A stretch of 62,614 bases of DNA, counting the filler, from Candidatus Babelota bacterium (GTDB taxonomy: Bacteria > JAGOBX01): NCBI GenBank assembly GCA_017999075.1. It is 5 parts of 5 records of this genome, joined end to end, with 100 filler letters (N's around TTAATTAATTAA, not from the genome) between each part and the next. Parts side by side here need not be neighbours in the genome. Positions count along the whole stretch, not along the records: positions 29,863 to 44,639 come from JAGOBX010000034.1; positions 44,740 to 59,374 come from JAGOBX010000035.1; 3 more parts are not named here. One strand, written 5' to 3'. The notes beneath the pieces were generated by a model. It did not search any database. It worked only from the letters and a program-made list of their open reading frames with translations, and was not told where the DNA came from. Both the position numbers and the translations under genes were made by a program. Shown in pieces: positions 38,004 through 46,694 of this stretch; positions within the stretch are counted from its first letter, which is position 1; every line of letters starts with the position of its first letter.

Positions 38004-38828
38004 ATGTATAAAAAAATAATAATCGCTACAGACGGAGCCGAACAAAGCGGTTCTGCAGTTGTAGAAGCGATTAATATAGCTGCTAAATCTAATTCTGAAA
38101 TATATCTTCTTCATGTTCTTAAAATAGTTGTTGGAGTGGACAGCGTCGGAGGAATTTCCACATTATCATTAATGCAGAAACTTGAAGAATCCTCAAAAAA
38201 ATACATGAAAACTTTCAAAGGATTGGCGGCCGACGATGGAGTGCTAAAATGTGAAACAATTATCAGGCATGGAGTTGATTTTTATACTGCGATAATAGAT
38301 GAAACAAAAAAAAAGAATGCTGATTTAATTATGATTGGGAGAAAAAATCCGTCTCACCCGTTAAAACGTTTTTTTTTAGGGAGTGTTACAGGAAAAATAT
38401 TAACTCAATCACCTTGTGATATTCTTGTAGTTCCGTTGGCTTCTCTTGTTCAATGGGAAAAACTAATGGTTCCTGTAATAAATGATTATGATATCGATTC
38501 AGTAATCTCAAAAACCATCCCTCTTGCAAAACAGAATAAAAGCAAAATTTTATTAATAGGAATATATTCGGAAGAACAAATTAAAAATAACGTAGAAAAA
38601 AAATTAACCGAATATTCATCTGAATTTACAAAAGAACAAATTCCATGTGAATCAGTTTGTACTTATGGAAATCCTGTAGAAATCATAAACAAAACTGCTT
38701 TACATAATAATGCGGATATAATTTTGATGAAAGATTTAAAAGATAAATCCATTAAAAATTTATTTTACGGTTCTTTAGCAGAACAGGTTATAGTTAATTC
38801 TATTTCTTCAATATTAATACTAAAATAG
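38004..38828 (+). CDS. Tandem universal stress protein
   Basis: 'YKKIIIATDG', 'ADLIMIG...FFLGSVT', second domain 'GNP...ADII...FYGSLAEQV'. Confidence 0.9.
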   Translation: MYKKIIIATDGAEQSGSAVVEAINIAAKSNSEIYLLHVLKIVVGVDSVGGISTLSLMQKLEESSKKYMKTFKGLAADDGVLKCETIIRHGVDFYTAIIDETKKKNADLIMIGRKNPSHPLKRFFLGSVTGKILTQSPCDILVVPLASLVQWEKLMVPVINDYDIDSVISKTIPLAKQNKSKILLIGIYSEEQIKNNVEKKLTEYSSEFTKEQIPCESVCTYGNPVEIINKTALHNNADIILMKDLKDKSIKNLFYGSLAEQVIVNSISSILILK

Positions 38829-38952
38829 CATATTTTATTTGACAAATATTTAAATTATAATATTATTTTATTATTTAATGTGAAAATTTTGATTTTTTCT
38901 ATACAAACTTTTATATAATTCGGATTTATCCGGACTTATCCGGTTTTAATAT

Positions 38953-39711
38953 ATGAAAATTTTATTAACAAACGATGACGGATTCTTATCAAAAGGAATA
39001 ATTATTCTTGCCGCTTCACTGAGACGTATTGCAGAAGTGATAATTGTGTCTCCGGAAAGTCAAAGAAGCGCAGTAGCAATGTCGTTAAGTCTGCATAAAC
39101 CATTACGAATGCATAAAATCAAAAAAAATGTATATATAACAGACGGAACTCCGGCAGATTGCATAAATTTAGGTTTATTCGCATTAATGAAAAATAACCC
39201 TCCTGATTTAATAGTGTCTGGAATAAATTCCGGACCCAATCTTGCTGAAGATGTTTTTTATTCAGGCACAGTAGGCGCAGTTCTGGAAGGAAGGTTCAGG
39301 AATATAAATGGTTTAGCAGTATCTATGTTTTCCGATAAAAATGGAGTTTATAATTACAAAATAGCTGCAGAGATTGCTGTAAATGTTATTCAAAAATTTT
39401 TTCTAAAAAATAAATTCAAACAAACTGTTTCATTGAATTTAAATGTTCCTGGAGTTTCGATGCAGTCTGAAATCAAAGGTATTAAATTCACCAAACTTGA
39501 TACTCATAAATATCCTGGAGAAATAACAGAACGAACAGACACTTCAGGTCAAAAATATTATTGGCTTGGCGGATCGAAAGCAGTATTTGCAAATTCTCAA
39601 GGTTCTGATTATAACGCGTTAACTCAGAATTACGCATCATTAACTCCCTTGTATCCTGAAATTACAGATTTTAAATTATTATCTTATCTAAAAAAAACGG
39701 CGGTGAAATAA
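38953..39711 (+). CDS. surE: 5'/3'-nucleotidase SurE
   Basis: 'MKILLTNDDG', 'GTPADC', 'SGINSGPNL...YSGTV'. Confidence 0.96.
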   Translation: MKILLTNDDGFLSKGIIILAASLRRIAEVIIVSPESQRSAVAMSLSLHKPLRMHKIKKNVYITDGTPADCINLGLFALMKNNPPDLIVSGINSGPNLAEDVFYSGTVGAVLEGRFRNINGLAVSMFSDKNGVYNYKIAAEIAVNVIQKFFLKNKFKQTVSLNLNVPGVSMQSEIKGIKFTKLDTHKYPGEITERTDTSGQKYYWLGGSKAVFANSQGSDYNALTQNYASLTPLYPEITDFKLLSYLKKTAVK

Positions 39712-39714
39712 TTT

Positions 39715-40185
39715 GTGGATATAAATTTATTAAAAAATATAAACATTTTTTCAGACTTAAACGACAATGATTTAATGAAAATATCAGGAATAGTTGAAGA
39801 ACAAAATTTCCCTGAAAATTTTTTTATTTTCAGAGAAGGTGACCGGGGACATGAAATGTTTTGTATAGTCAGCGGATCAGTGGAAATTTCCAGAAATATA
39901 GTTGCTGACAAAAGAAAACCTATAGTAACCCTTAAACCAGGTCAATTTTTTGGAGAAATGACTATATTCGATGAAGAACCTCGTTCCGCAAATGTAATGA
40001 CTCTTGAAAAAAGTGTTTTTTTAAAAATCACAAAAAAAAGTTTTTCGAGTTTTTTAGAACTCAATCCTATAATAGGGTTTAAAATATACAAAAGATTTGT
40101 TCATGAATTATGCATGAGGGTTCGTGTTACAGACGATAAAATCCAGGAACGTATATTTTGGGGTTTTGTTTCAAAAACACAATGA
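39715..40185 (+). CDS. Stand-alone cyclic-nucleotide-binding domain protein
   Basis: 'IFREGD', 'IVSGSVEI', 'GQFFGEMTIFDEEPRSA'; no HTH. Confidence 0.88.
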   Translation: MDINLLKNINIFSDLNDNDLMKISGIVEEQNFPENFFIFREGDRGHEMFCIVSGSVEISRNIVADKRKPIVTLKPGQFFGEMTIFDEEPRSANVMTLEKSVFLKITKKSFSSFLELNPIIGFKIYKRFVHELCMRVRVTDDKIQERIFWGFVSKTQ

Positions 40186-40242
40186 AATATATTTGTTCTT
40201 TTATGAAAAAATAATTTTTATTTTATAACATAACTAAATAAA

Positions 40243-40863
40243 ATGGAACAATATTCAAAAAGAAGTTTATCAATAAATTCGTTTGACAGACTTGTAAATA
40301 ATTTATCAAAACTGCCTACGATAGGTTCTAAAACAGCTGTAAGATTAGCTTCGTTCATTATAAAAAGCGAAGAAAGTTTTGTTGAAGAATTTGCTGAATC
40401 TATTACAAATGCAAAACAAACAATATCGTTTTGTAAAATCTGCGGTAATTACGCTGAAAACGAATATTGTATATATTGTTCAAATCCGGAAAGAACTCAT
40501 AAATCAATTTGTGTTGTTGAAGAACCTCTTGATATTTTCAATATTGAAAATACAGGAAATTATAAAGGTATGTATCATGTTTTACTCGGAACAATTTCCA
40601 TTCATAAAGGTATAGGTCCGGCAAATCTAAATATAGGTACTCTTCTGAACAGGTTAAAAGAAAACACAACTGAAGAAATAATAATAGCAACAAATCCTAC
40701 ATTAGACGGGGATTCTACTGCGTTGTTTTTAAAAAAAAAAATTGAAGAACTAGGAAATTTTAAAATCACAAGGCCGGCAATGGGACTTCCTTCAGGGAGT
40801 GTTATAGAATTCACTGATAGGGAAACATTATCGAGAGCTTTTGTTAATAGAATAAAATTATAA
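40243..40863 (+). CDS. recR: Recombination mediator RecR
   Basis: 'LPTIGSKTAVRLA', C4 zinc finger 'CKICGN...CIYC', 'ICVVE', 'YHVLLG', 'IIATNPTLDG'. Confidence 0.95.
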   Translation: MEQYSKRSLSINSFDRLVNNLSKLPTIGSKTAVRLASFIIKSEESFVEEFAESITNAKQTISFCKICGNYAENEYCIYCSNPERTHKSICVVEEPLDIFNIENTGNYKGMYHVLLGTISIHKGIGPANLNIGTLLNRLKENTTEEIIIATNPTLDGDSTALFLKKKIEELGNFKITRPAMGLPSGSVIEFTDRETLSRAFVNRIKL

Positions 40864-40940
40864 AAAATTTATTTTTAGAATTTAAACAAATAAATCTATA
40901 AGAACCAGGTATAAATTCTAAAAAAGGGAGTGTGTATTTT

Positions 40941-43900
40941 ATGAGTAAAAAATTGGCTATGATTGACGGCAATACGGCAGCAGCCCATATCGCGTATGCT
41001 TTAAGCGATGTTGCAGCTTTATATCCTATAACCCCGTCATCAACAATGGGCGAAGTTGCAGACGAATGGAGAGCTGCAGGCAGAAAAAATATTTTCGGTC
41101 AAACCGTACGTATAATGGAAATGCAGTCTGAAGCAGGCGCTGCAGGAGCAGTCCACGGATCTCTGGCTACAGGAGCTTTAACCACCACATTCACAGCTTC
41201 TCAAGGTTTATTATTGATGATACCCAATATGTATAAAATTTCCGGAGAATTATTACCCGGTGTATTTCACGTATCTGCAAGATCTCTTGCAGGACACGCA
41301 TTATCTATATTTGGCGATCATGCGGATGTTATGGCAGCGCGCCAGACAGGCTGGGGTTTACTTGCTTCAGCAAGCCCTCAGGAAGCAATGGATTTAGCGT
41401 TAGTAGCTCATTTAACAGCAATAAAATCAAGAGTTCCTTTTCTTCATTTTTTTGATGGGTTCAGAACTTCTGCTGAAATAGCGAAAGTTGAAATGATTGA
41501 TTATGAAGATATTGCAAAACTTGTTGATATGGAATCTCTGAACGAATTCAGAAACAGAGCATTAAATCCTGAACATCCGAAAATGATGGGTTCAGCGCAA
41601 AATCCAGATATATATTTTCAGGCACGTGAACGTTCCAATCCATATTATACAAACCTGGCTGACTCAGTTGAAGAACATATGAAAAAAGTGGGAAATTTAA
41701 CCGGCCGGCAATACGGCTTATTTGATTATTACGGAGCGCCTGATGCCAAAAATATAATTGTATGTATGGCTTCAGGATGTGATGTTATACACGAAACCGT
41801 AGATTACCTTATGAAACAAGGTGAAAAAGTAGGCGTATTAAAAGTAAGACTTTACAGACCTTGGTCAGATAAACATTTAATCAAAGCTATTCCTGAAACA
41901 GTTAAAAAAATTGCAGTTCTTGACAGAACTAAAGAATCTGGAGCATTAGGCGAACCGTTATATCTTGATGTATGCACATCTTTGCTCGAAAACTCCAAGA
42001 AAAATATTAAAATAGTCGGAGGCAGATACGGTTTAAGTTCAAAAGATTTTACTCCGTCAATGGTAAATGCTGTTTTTGAAAATTTAAAATCAGGGAAATC
42101 CAAAAATCATTTTACAGTAGGAATCGAAGACGATGTTACAAATTCATCACTGCCTATCAAAAAAACAATAATAACAGAATCGCCTAATACCATAAGATGT
42201 AAATTCTGGGGACTTGGTTCAGACGGAACAGTAGGAGCCAACAAAAATTCAATAAAAATTATCGGAGACCATACTGATGGTTATGCTCAGGGATATTTTG
42301 CTTACGATTCAAAAAAATCCGGAGGGATCACTATTTCACATTTAAGGTTTGGGCCGGAAAAAATAAGATCTTCTTATTTTGTAAATCAGGCGGATTTTAT
42401 TGCCTGTCATAATCAGTCTTATATAACAAGATATGATATTCTCGATGGAATAAAAGAAGGCGGAGATTTTTTATTAAACTGTATATGGTCAGCTGAAGAA
42501 TTAGACGAAAAACTTCCAGCAGCCATGAAAAAGACAATTGCATCAAAAAAAATAAATTTTTATATAATTAACGCTTATAAAATCGCTGAAGAACTCGGAT
42601 TGGGAAATAGAATCAATATGATTCTTCAGGCTGCATTTTTTAAAATCACAAAAGTAATAGCTGATTTTGAACAAGTACGGGGTTATATGAAACATGCAGT
42701 AAAAAAAACTTATGGTAAAAAAGGCGATGAAGTCGTCAAAATGAATAACGATGCAATTGACAGGGGAGCTGATGCATATTTAAAAGTTGAAGTCCCGGAA
42801 AAATGGGCGAAATTAAAAATCACTGCTGATTCAATTCAATATCCAAATGATTTTGTCAGAGATATACTGGTGCCGATCAATTCTCAAAAAGGAGATACTA
42901 TTAAAGTTTCAAAATTTACACCAGATGGATCATTCCCAACAGGCACTACCAAATACGAAAAACGAGGAATCGCGGTTAAAGTTCCGTGTTGGGCATCTGA
43001 AAATTGTATTCAATGCAATCAATGCGCTTACGTATGTCCTCATGCTGTTATAAGACCATATTTAATTAATGAAGACGAAACCAAAAGTCTTCCTCAAGGA
43101 ACACCGGTTTTAAAAGCAATAGGCAAAGGATTTGAAAATTTAAATTATAAAATACAGATATCTCCTCTTGATTGTACAGGATGCGGAAGCTGCGCTGACG
43201 TATGTCCTGCTCCAAAAGGAAAAGCACTTATTATGAAACCTCTTGAAGAAGTCATTGAACAGGAATCAAAACAATATACTTATTTAAATGAATTGCCTGT
43301 CCGCGATAATCTGATGGATAAATACACTTTAAAAGGAAGTCAATTCAAGCAGCCATTATTTGAATTTTCAGGAGCTTGCGCAGGCTGCGGAGAAACCCCA
43401 TACATAAAACTTGTAACTCAATTGTACGGAGACAGAATGGTTGTTGCCAATGCAACAGGATGTTCTTCTATTTATGGCGGTTCAGCTCCTGTTTGTCCAT
43501 ATACATTCAACAAATCGGGTTCTGGTCCAGCCTGGGCTAATTCATTATTTGAAGATAATGCTGAATATGGATTAGGAATGTCATTAGGAATAACTCAACG
43601 CAGATTAAAATTGGCGGAACTTATAAATGAAGCAAAAAATTCAAATTCAATTTCTGCAGAATTAAAAGACTTATTTATAAAATGGCTTGAAGAAGGACAG
43701 AATGCTGACAGGTCGTCGGAATTAAGCGGCGCTATTAAAAAAATTCTTCCAGAAACAATAAAATCTGTCAATGATCAAACCTTAAAAAATTTACTGATAA
43801 AAATTAATGAAAACTCTGATATGCTGACCAAAAAATCTGTTTGGATTATAGGCGGAGACGGATGGGCTTACGATATAGGTTATGGCGGACTTGATCATGT

Positions 43901-44492
43901 GGTTGCTACAAACAACGATGTTAACATACTTGTTCTTGACACAGAAGTTTATTCAAATACCGGCGGTCAGGCTTCAAAAGCGTCTCAAACAGGTCAAATA
44001 GCTAAATTTGCAGCAACTGGAAAAGAACAGAGAAAAAAAGATTTAGGATTAATGTTGACAACTTACGGTTACGTTTATGTAGCATCAGTTTCAATAGGCG
44101 CCAATAAAAATCATTATTTAAAAGTGTTAAAAGAAGCTGAAGCATATCCAGGTCCTTCTGTAATAATTTGTTATGCTCCTTGTATAAATCATGGTATAAA
44201 TATGACCCATTCAATCAACGAAGAAAAACTTGCTGTTGAATGCGGATATTGGCCGTTGTATATTTACAATCCTTTATTAAAAAATGAAGGTAAAAACCCG
44301 TTTGTTTTTGAAAGCAAAGAACCTAATGGAAAATTTCAGGAATTTTTAATGAGCGAAGTCAGGTATAGTTCGCTTTCAAAACAATTTCCTGAAATAGCAA
44401 AAACACTTTTTGCCAAAGCAGAAAAAGATATGCTTGAAAGGTTCAAGTATTATAAAAAATTAGCTGCTCTTTCATTTGAAGATTTTAAATAA
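40941..44492 (+). CDS. nifJ: Pyruvate:ferredoxin/flavodoxin oxidoreductase
   Basis: 'YPITPSS', 'QSEAGAAG', 'GLGSDGTVG', two CxxCxxCxxxCP motifs, 'GACAGCGE', 'GGDGWAYDIG'; RBS AAGGGAG. Confidence 0.97.
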   Translation: MSKKLAMIDGNTAAAHIAYALSDVAALYPITPSSTMGEVADEWRAAGRKNIFGQTVRIMEMQSEAGAAGAVHGSLATGALTTTFTASQGLLLMIPNMYKISGELLPGVFHVSARSLAGHALSIFGDHADVMAARQTGWGLLASASPQEAMDLALVAHLTAIKSRVPFLHFFDGFRTSAEIAKVEMIDYEDIAKLVDMESLNEFRNRALNPEHPKMMGSAQNPDIYFQARERSNPYYTNLADSVEEHMKKVGNLTGRQYGLFDYYGAPDAKNIIVCMASGCDVIHETVDYLMKQGEKVGVLKVRLYRPWSDKHLIKAIPETVKKIAVLDRTKESGALGEPLYLDVCTSLLENSKKNIKIVGGRYGLSSKDFTPSMVNAVFENLKSGKSKNHFTVGIEDDVTNSSLPIKKTIITESPNTIRCKFWGLGSDGTVGANKNSIKIIGDHTDGYAQGYFAYDSKKSGGITISHLRFGPEKIRSSYFVNQADFIACHNQSYITRYDILDGIKEGGDFLLNCIWSAEELDEKLPAAMKKTIASKKINFYIINAYKIAEELGLGNRINMILQAAFFKITKVIADFEQVRGYMKHAVKKTYGKKGDEVVKMNNDAIDRGADAYLKVEVPEKWAKLKITADSIQYPNDFVRDILVPINSQKGDTIKVSKFTPDGSFPTGTTKYEKRGIAVKVPCWASENCIQCNQCAYVCPHAVIRPYLINEDETKSLPQGTPVLKAIGKGFENLNYKIQISPLDCTGCGSCADVCPAPKGKALIMKPLEEVIEQESKQYTYLNELPVRDNLMDKYTLKGSQFKQPLFEFSGACAGCGETPYIKLVTQLYGDRMVVANATGCSSIYGGSAPVCPYTFNKSGSGPAWANSLFEDNAEYGLGMSLGITQRRLKLAELINEAKNSNSISAELKDLFIKWLEEGQNADRSSELSGAIKKILPETIKSVNDQTLKNLLIKINENSDMLTKKSVWIIGGDGWAYDIGYGGLDHVVATNNDVNILVLDTEVYSNTGGQASKASQTGQIAKFAATGKEQRKKDLGLMLTTYGYVYVASVSIGANKNHYLKVLKEAEAYPGPSVIICYAPCINHGINMTHSINEEKLAVECGYWPLYIYNPLLKNEGKNPFVFESKEPNGKFQEFLMSEVRYSSLSKQFPEIAKTLFAKAEKDMLERFKYYKKLAALSFEDFK

Positions 44493-44639
44493 ACCTTGTT
44501 TATAAAACCAGAACATTCCGGTAATAAAAGCATCGAAATTCTTTGCGCCATTTAGCTTTGCCGTTGTAAAACCTCCGGTAAACCCACTAATAAAACCAAC
44601 CAATGCAGGACACATTGTTCCTCCTGTAGCAATTGTCAA

Positions 44640-44739
44640 NNNNNNNNNNNNNNNNNNNNNNNNNNNNNNNNNNNNNNNNNNNNTTAATTAATTAANNNNN
44701 NNNNNNNNNNNNNNNNNNNNNNNNNNNNNNNNNNNNNNN
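44640..44739. other. Artificial contig spacer
   Basis: N44-TTAATTAATTAA-N44. Confidence 0.98.
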
Positions 44740-44881
44740 AATCAAATATGAAACTATAATAATTATTGTATATTTCACTAAAATAAGATTTAAAAATGAT
44801 AAATGAAATAAAATTGTTATTATTTATTTTGCCCAATAAGCACCAATTTTAAAATTGACACTTACTGGACATTTAAAATTT

Positions 44882-44911
44882 TTGAAACACTTATTTTTAT
44901 AAGTATTTCAA
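44882..44911 (-). terminator. Hairpin immediately downstream of the 32-aa ORF
   Basis: Minus strand TTGAAATACTTAT-AAAA-ATAAGTGTTTCAA, 13-bp stem with one U-G pair; weak U-tract. Confidence 0.5.
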
Positions 44912-44923
44912 TATGATTTTTTA

Positions 44924-45022
44924 TTAATTCCCTTTTTTAGCTTTTTTTTCTGCTCTTCTTTCTTTTAAAGATTTTTGAGGAGCTTTTTTAGTTTCTTTTT
45001 TTCCTTTATCCTTAGCCGCCAT
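44924..45022 (-). CDS. 32-aa lysine-rich small protein (below the ORF-track cutoff)
   Basis: MAAKDKGKKETKKAPQKSLKERRAEKKAKKGN, double TAA stop, AAGGAGGA 10 nt upstream of ATG. Confidence 0.8.
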   Translation of the reverse strand: MAAKDKGKKETKKAPQKSLKERRAEKKAKKGN

Positions 45023-45077
45023 ATAAAATCAATCCTCCTTATTTTATAAAATATAAAAATGTATTTCTATGAGTAGC

Positions 45078-45106
45078 ATTTTATATTTTATTAAGATAAA
45101 AATCAA
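45078..45106 (-). promoter_or_regulatory. Putative sigma70 promoter for the 32-aa ORF
   Basis: Minus strand TTGATT-N17-TAAAAT. Confidence 0.5.
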
Positions 45107-45172
45107 TAATAAAAATTCGGTATTTATATAATTGCTCATAATAAAAAAGTATTGTATTTAAATTTATTATTT

Positions 45173-46678
45173 TTATTCTTCAGCAGTTTCTACATCATTA
45201 AGTTCCGGCAAAATAAGTTTTGCGTCAGATTCATTTAAAGCTTCAACGCTTTTTAATTTTCTCTGTATCGCTCTTGTACGTTTCCCCATCACATCGTCTA
45301 ACTGGCTCAATCCTGTCTGTATATTGTTTTGAGCTTTTTCCATTAAGCCTCCAAATACTTCAAATTCTTTTTTTACAGCGCCTAATATCCGCCAAACTTC
45401 ACTGCTTCTTTTCTGAATAGCCAATGTTTTAAAACCCATTTGCAAACTATTAAGAAGAGCTCCGAATGTAGTAGGTCCTGTTATAATAATTTTAAAAGTT
45501 TTTTGTAATTCTTCCAACAAACTTGCTTTTCTGACTACTTCCGCATATATACCTTCAAATGGCAAAAACATAATTCCAAAATCTGTTGTGTTTGGTGGAT
45601 CAATATATTTTTCATTAATATCTTTAGCCATCTTTTTTATTGTATTTTCCAAATTTTTCTGACATTGTTCTATTTGAATAACATCTCCAGTGTCATAAGC
45701 AGTCTGTAATTGTTCATACATATCCTTGGGAAACTTTGCATCAACAGGCAGCCATACCTGCCCGTCATTATCATCTCTGCCCGGAAGCTTAATTGCAAAT
45801 TCCACCAAATCATTGCTGCTTGCTTTTGTTTTTACATTTGCCTGATACTGACATGGAGATAAAACTTGTTCAAGCAGCATAGCCAATTGAACCTCTCCTA
45901 TTCCTCCTCTCATTTTGACATTACTTAATACTTTTTTTAAACCTCCTACATCCTGCGCCAGTATCTGCATTTCTCCAAGCCCTTTTTGCACTTCAATTAA
46001 TTGTCTTCCAACAGTTTCAAAACTTTGCCCTAATCTTTCACTTAGAGTTTTTTCCAATTTTTCTTCAACAGTTGTACGAATTTTTTCCAATCTAACTTCT
46101 GTTAGTTTGGTTAACTCATTTTGCCTGGTATCCATTTGCCTGAATTTTTCCTGCTGCAAATCATTAAATGATTTAATGCTGCCGTCAAAAGTTTCTTTGA
46201 ATTCTTTCAAAGATTGCGCCAGCGAATCACGCATAAACTTGTTATCTTCTCTTGATTGATTACTTATTCTATCAAGTCTCTGAACATTTGAATTCGAAAA
46301 ATCAATAATATTTTTTGTTAATTCTTCACGATTAGATTTATTATTTTCATTTAACGAAAAATTTAACTGATTCATCTTATCAGCTAAAGTCTTTTCAATT
46401 TCTTTGAGAGCATTCATGCTTTGTTCGGCAAATGTTTTTAAAGTAGCATTGAGTTCTATACGGTTTTCTTTGGCAATAGATGCATTTTCATCTCTATTCT
46501 GTTTAAAATCATTTTTTAAATTTGATTCAATTTTATTAAGAACAATTTGAATTTCAGAAATTTTAGCATTTATTGAGACAAAATCATTCACTACTTTAAA
46601 TTTATTAACAAATATTAATAATACCGCAATGATTATTATAATCATTACTGCAGACATTATAATAAACGCTGTTTCCAT
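45173..46678 (-). CDS. rmuC: DNA recombination protein RmuC
   Basis: N-terminal TM, long coiled coil, 'NVKMRGGIGEVQL', 'LPVDAKFP', 'KYIDPPNTTDFGIMFLPFEG', 'GPTT'. Confidence 0.93.
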   Translation of the reverse strand: METAFIIMSAVMIIIIIAVLLIFVNKFKVVNDFVSINAKISEIQIVLNKIESNLKNDFKQNRDENASIAKENRIELNATLKTFAEQSMNALKEIEKTLADKMNQLNFSLNENNKSNREELTKNIIDFSNSNVQRLDRISNQSREDNKFMRDSLAQSLKEFKETFDGSIKSFNDLQQEKFRQMDTRQNELTKLTEVRLEKIRTTVEEKLEKTLSERLGQSFETVGRQLIEVQKGLGEMQILAQDVGGLKKVLSNVKMRGGIGEVQLAMLLEQVLSPCQYQANVKTKASSNDLVEFAIKLPGRDDNDGQVWLPVDAKFPKDMYEQLQTAYDTGDVIQIEQCQKNLENTIKKMAKDINEKYIDPPNTTDFGIMFLPFEGIYAEVVRKASLLEELQKTFKIIITGPTTFGALLNSLQMGFKTLAIQKRSSEVWRILGAVKKEFEVFGGLMEKAQNNIQTGLSQLDDVMGKRTRAIQRKLKSVEALNESDAKLILPELNDVETAEE

Positions 46679-46694
46679 TATTTTCTCCGTTTAA

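Noticed and set aside
8882-44492. Nitrogen-fixation system (NifA-like plus nifJ)
   Set aside because: The two genes are on different contigs, NifJ-type PFOR is a general anaerobic enzyme, and no nitrogenase genes are present in the window.
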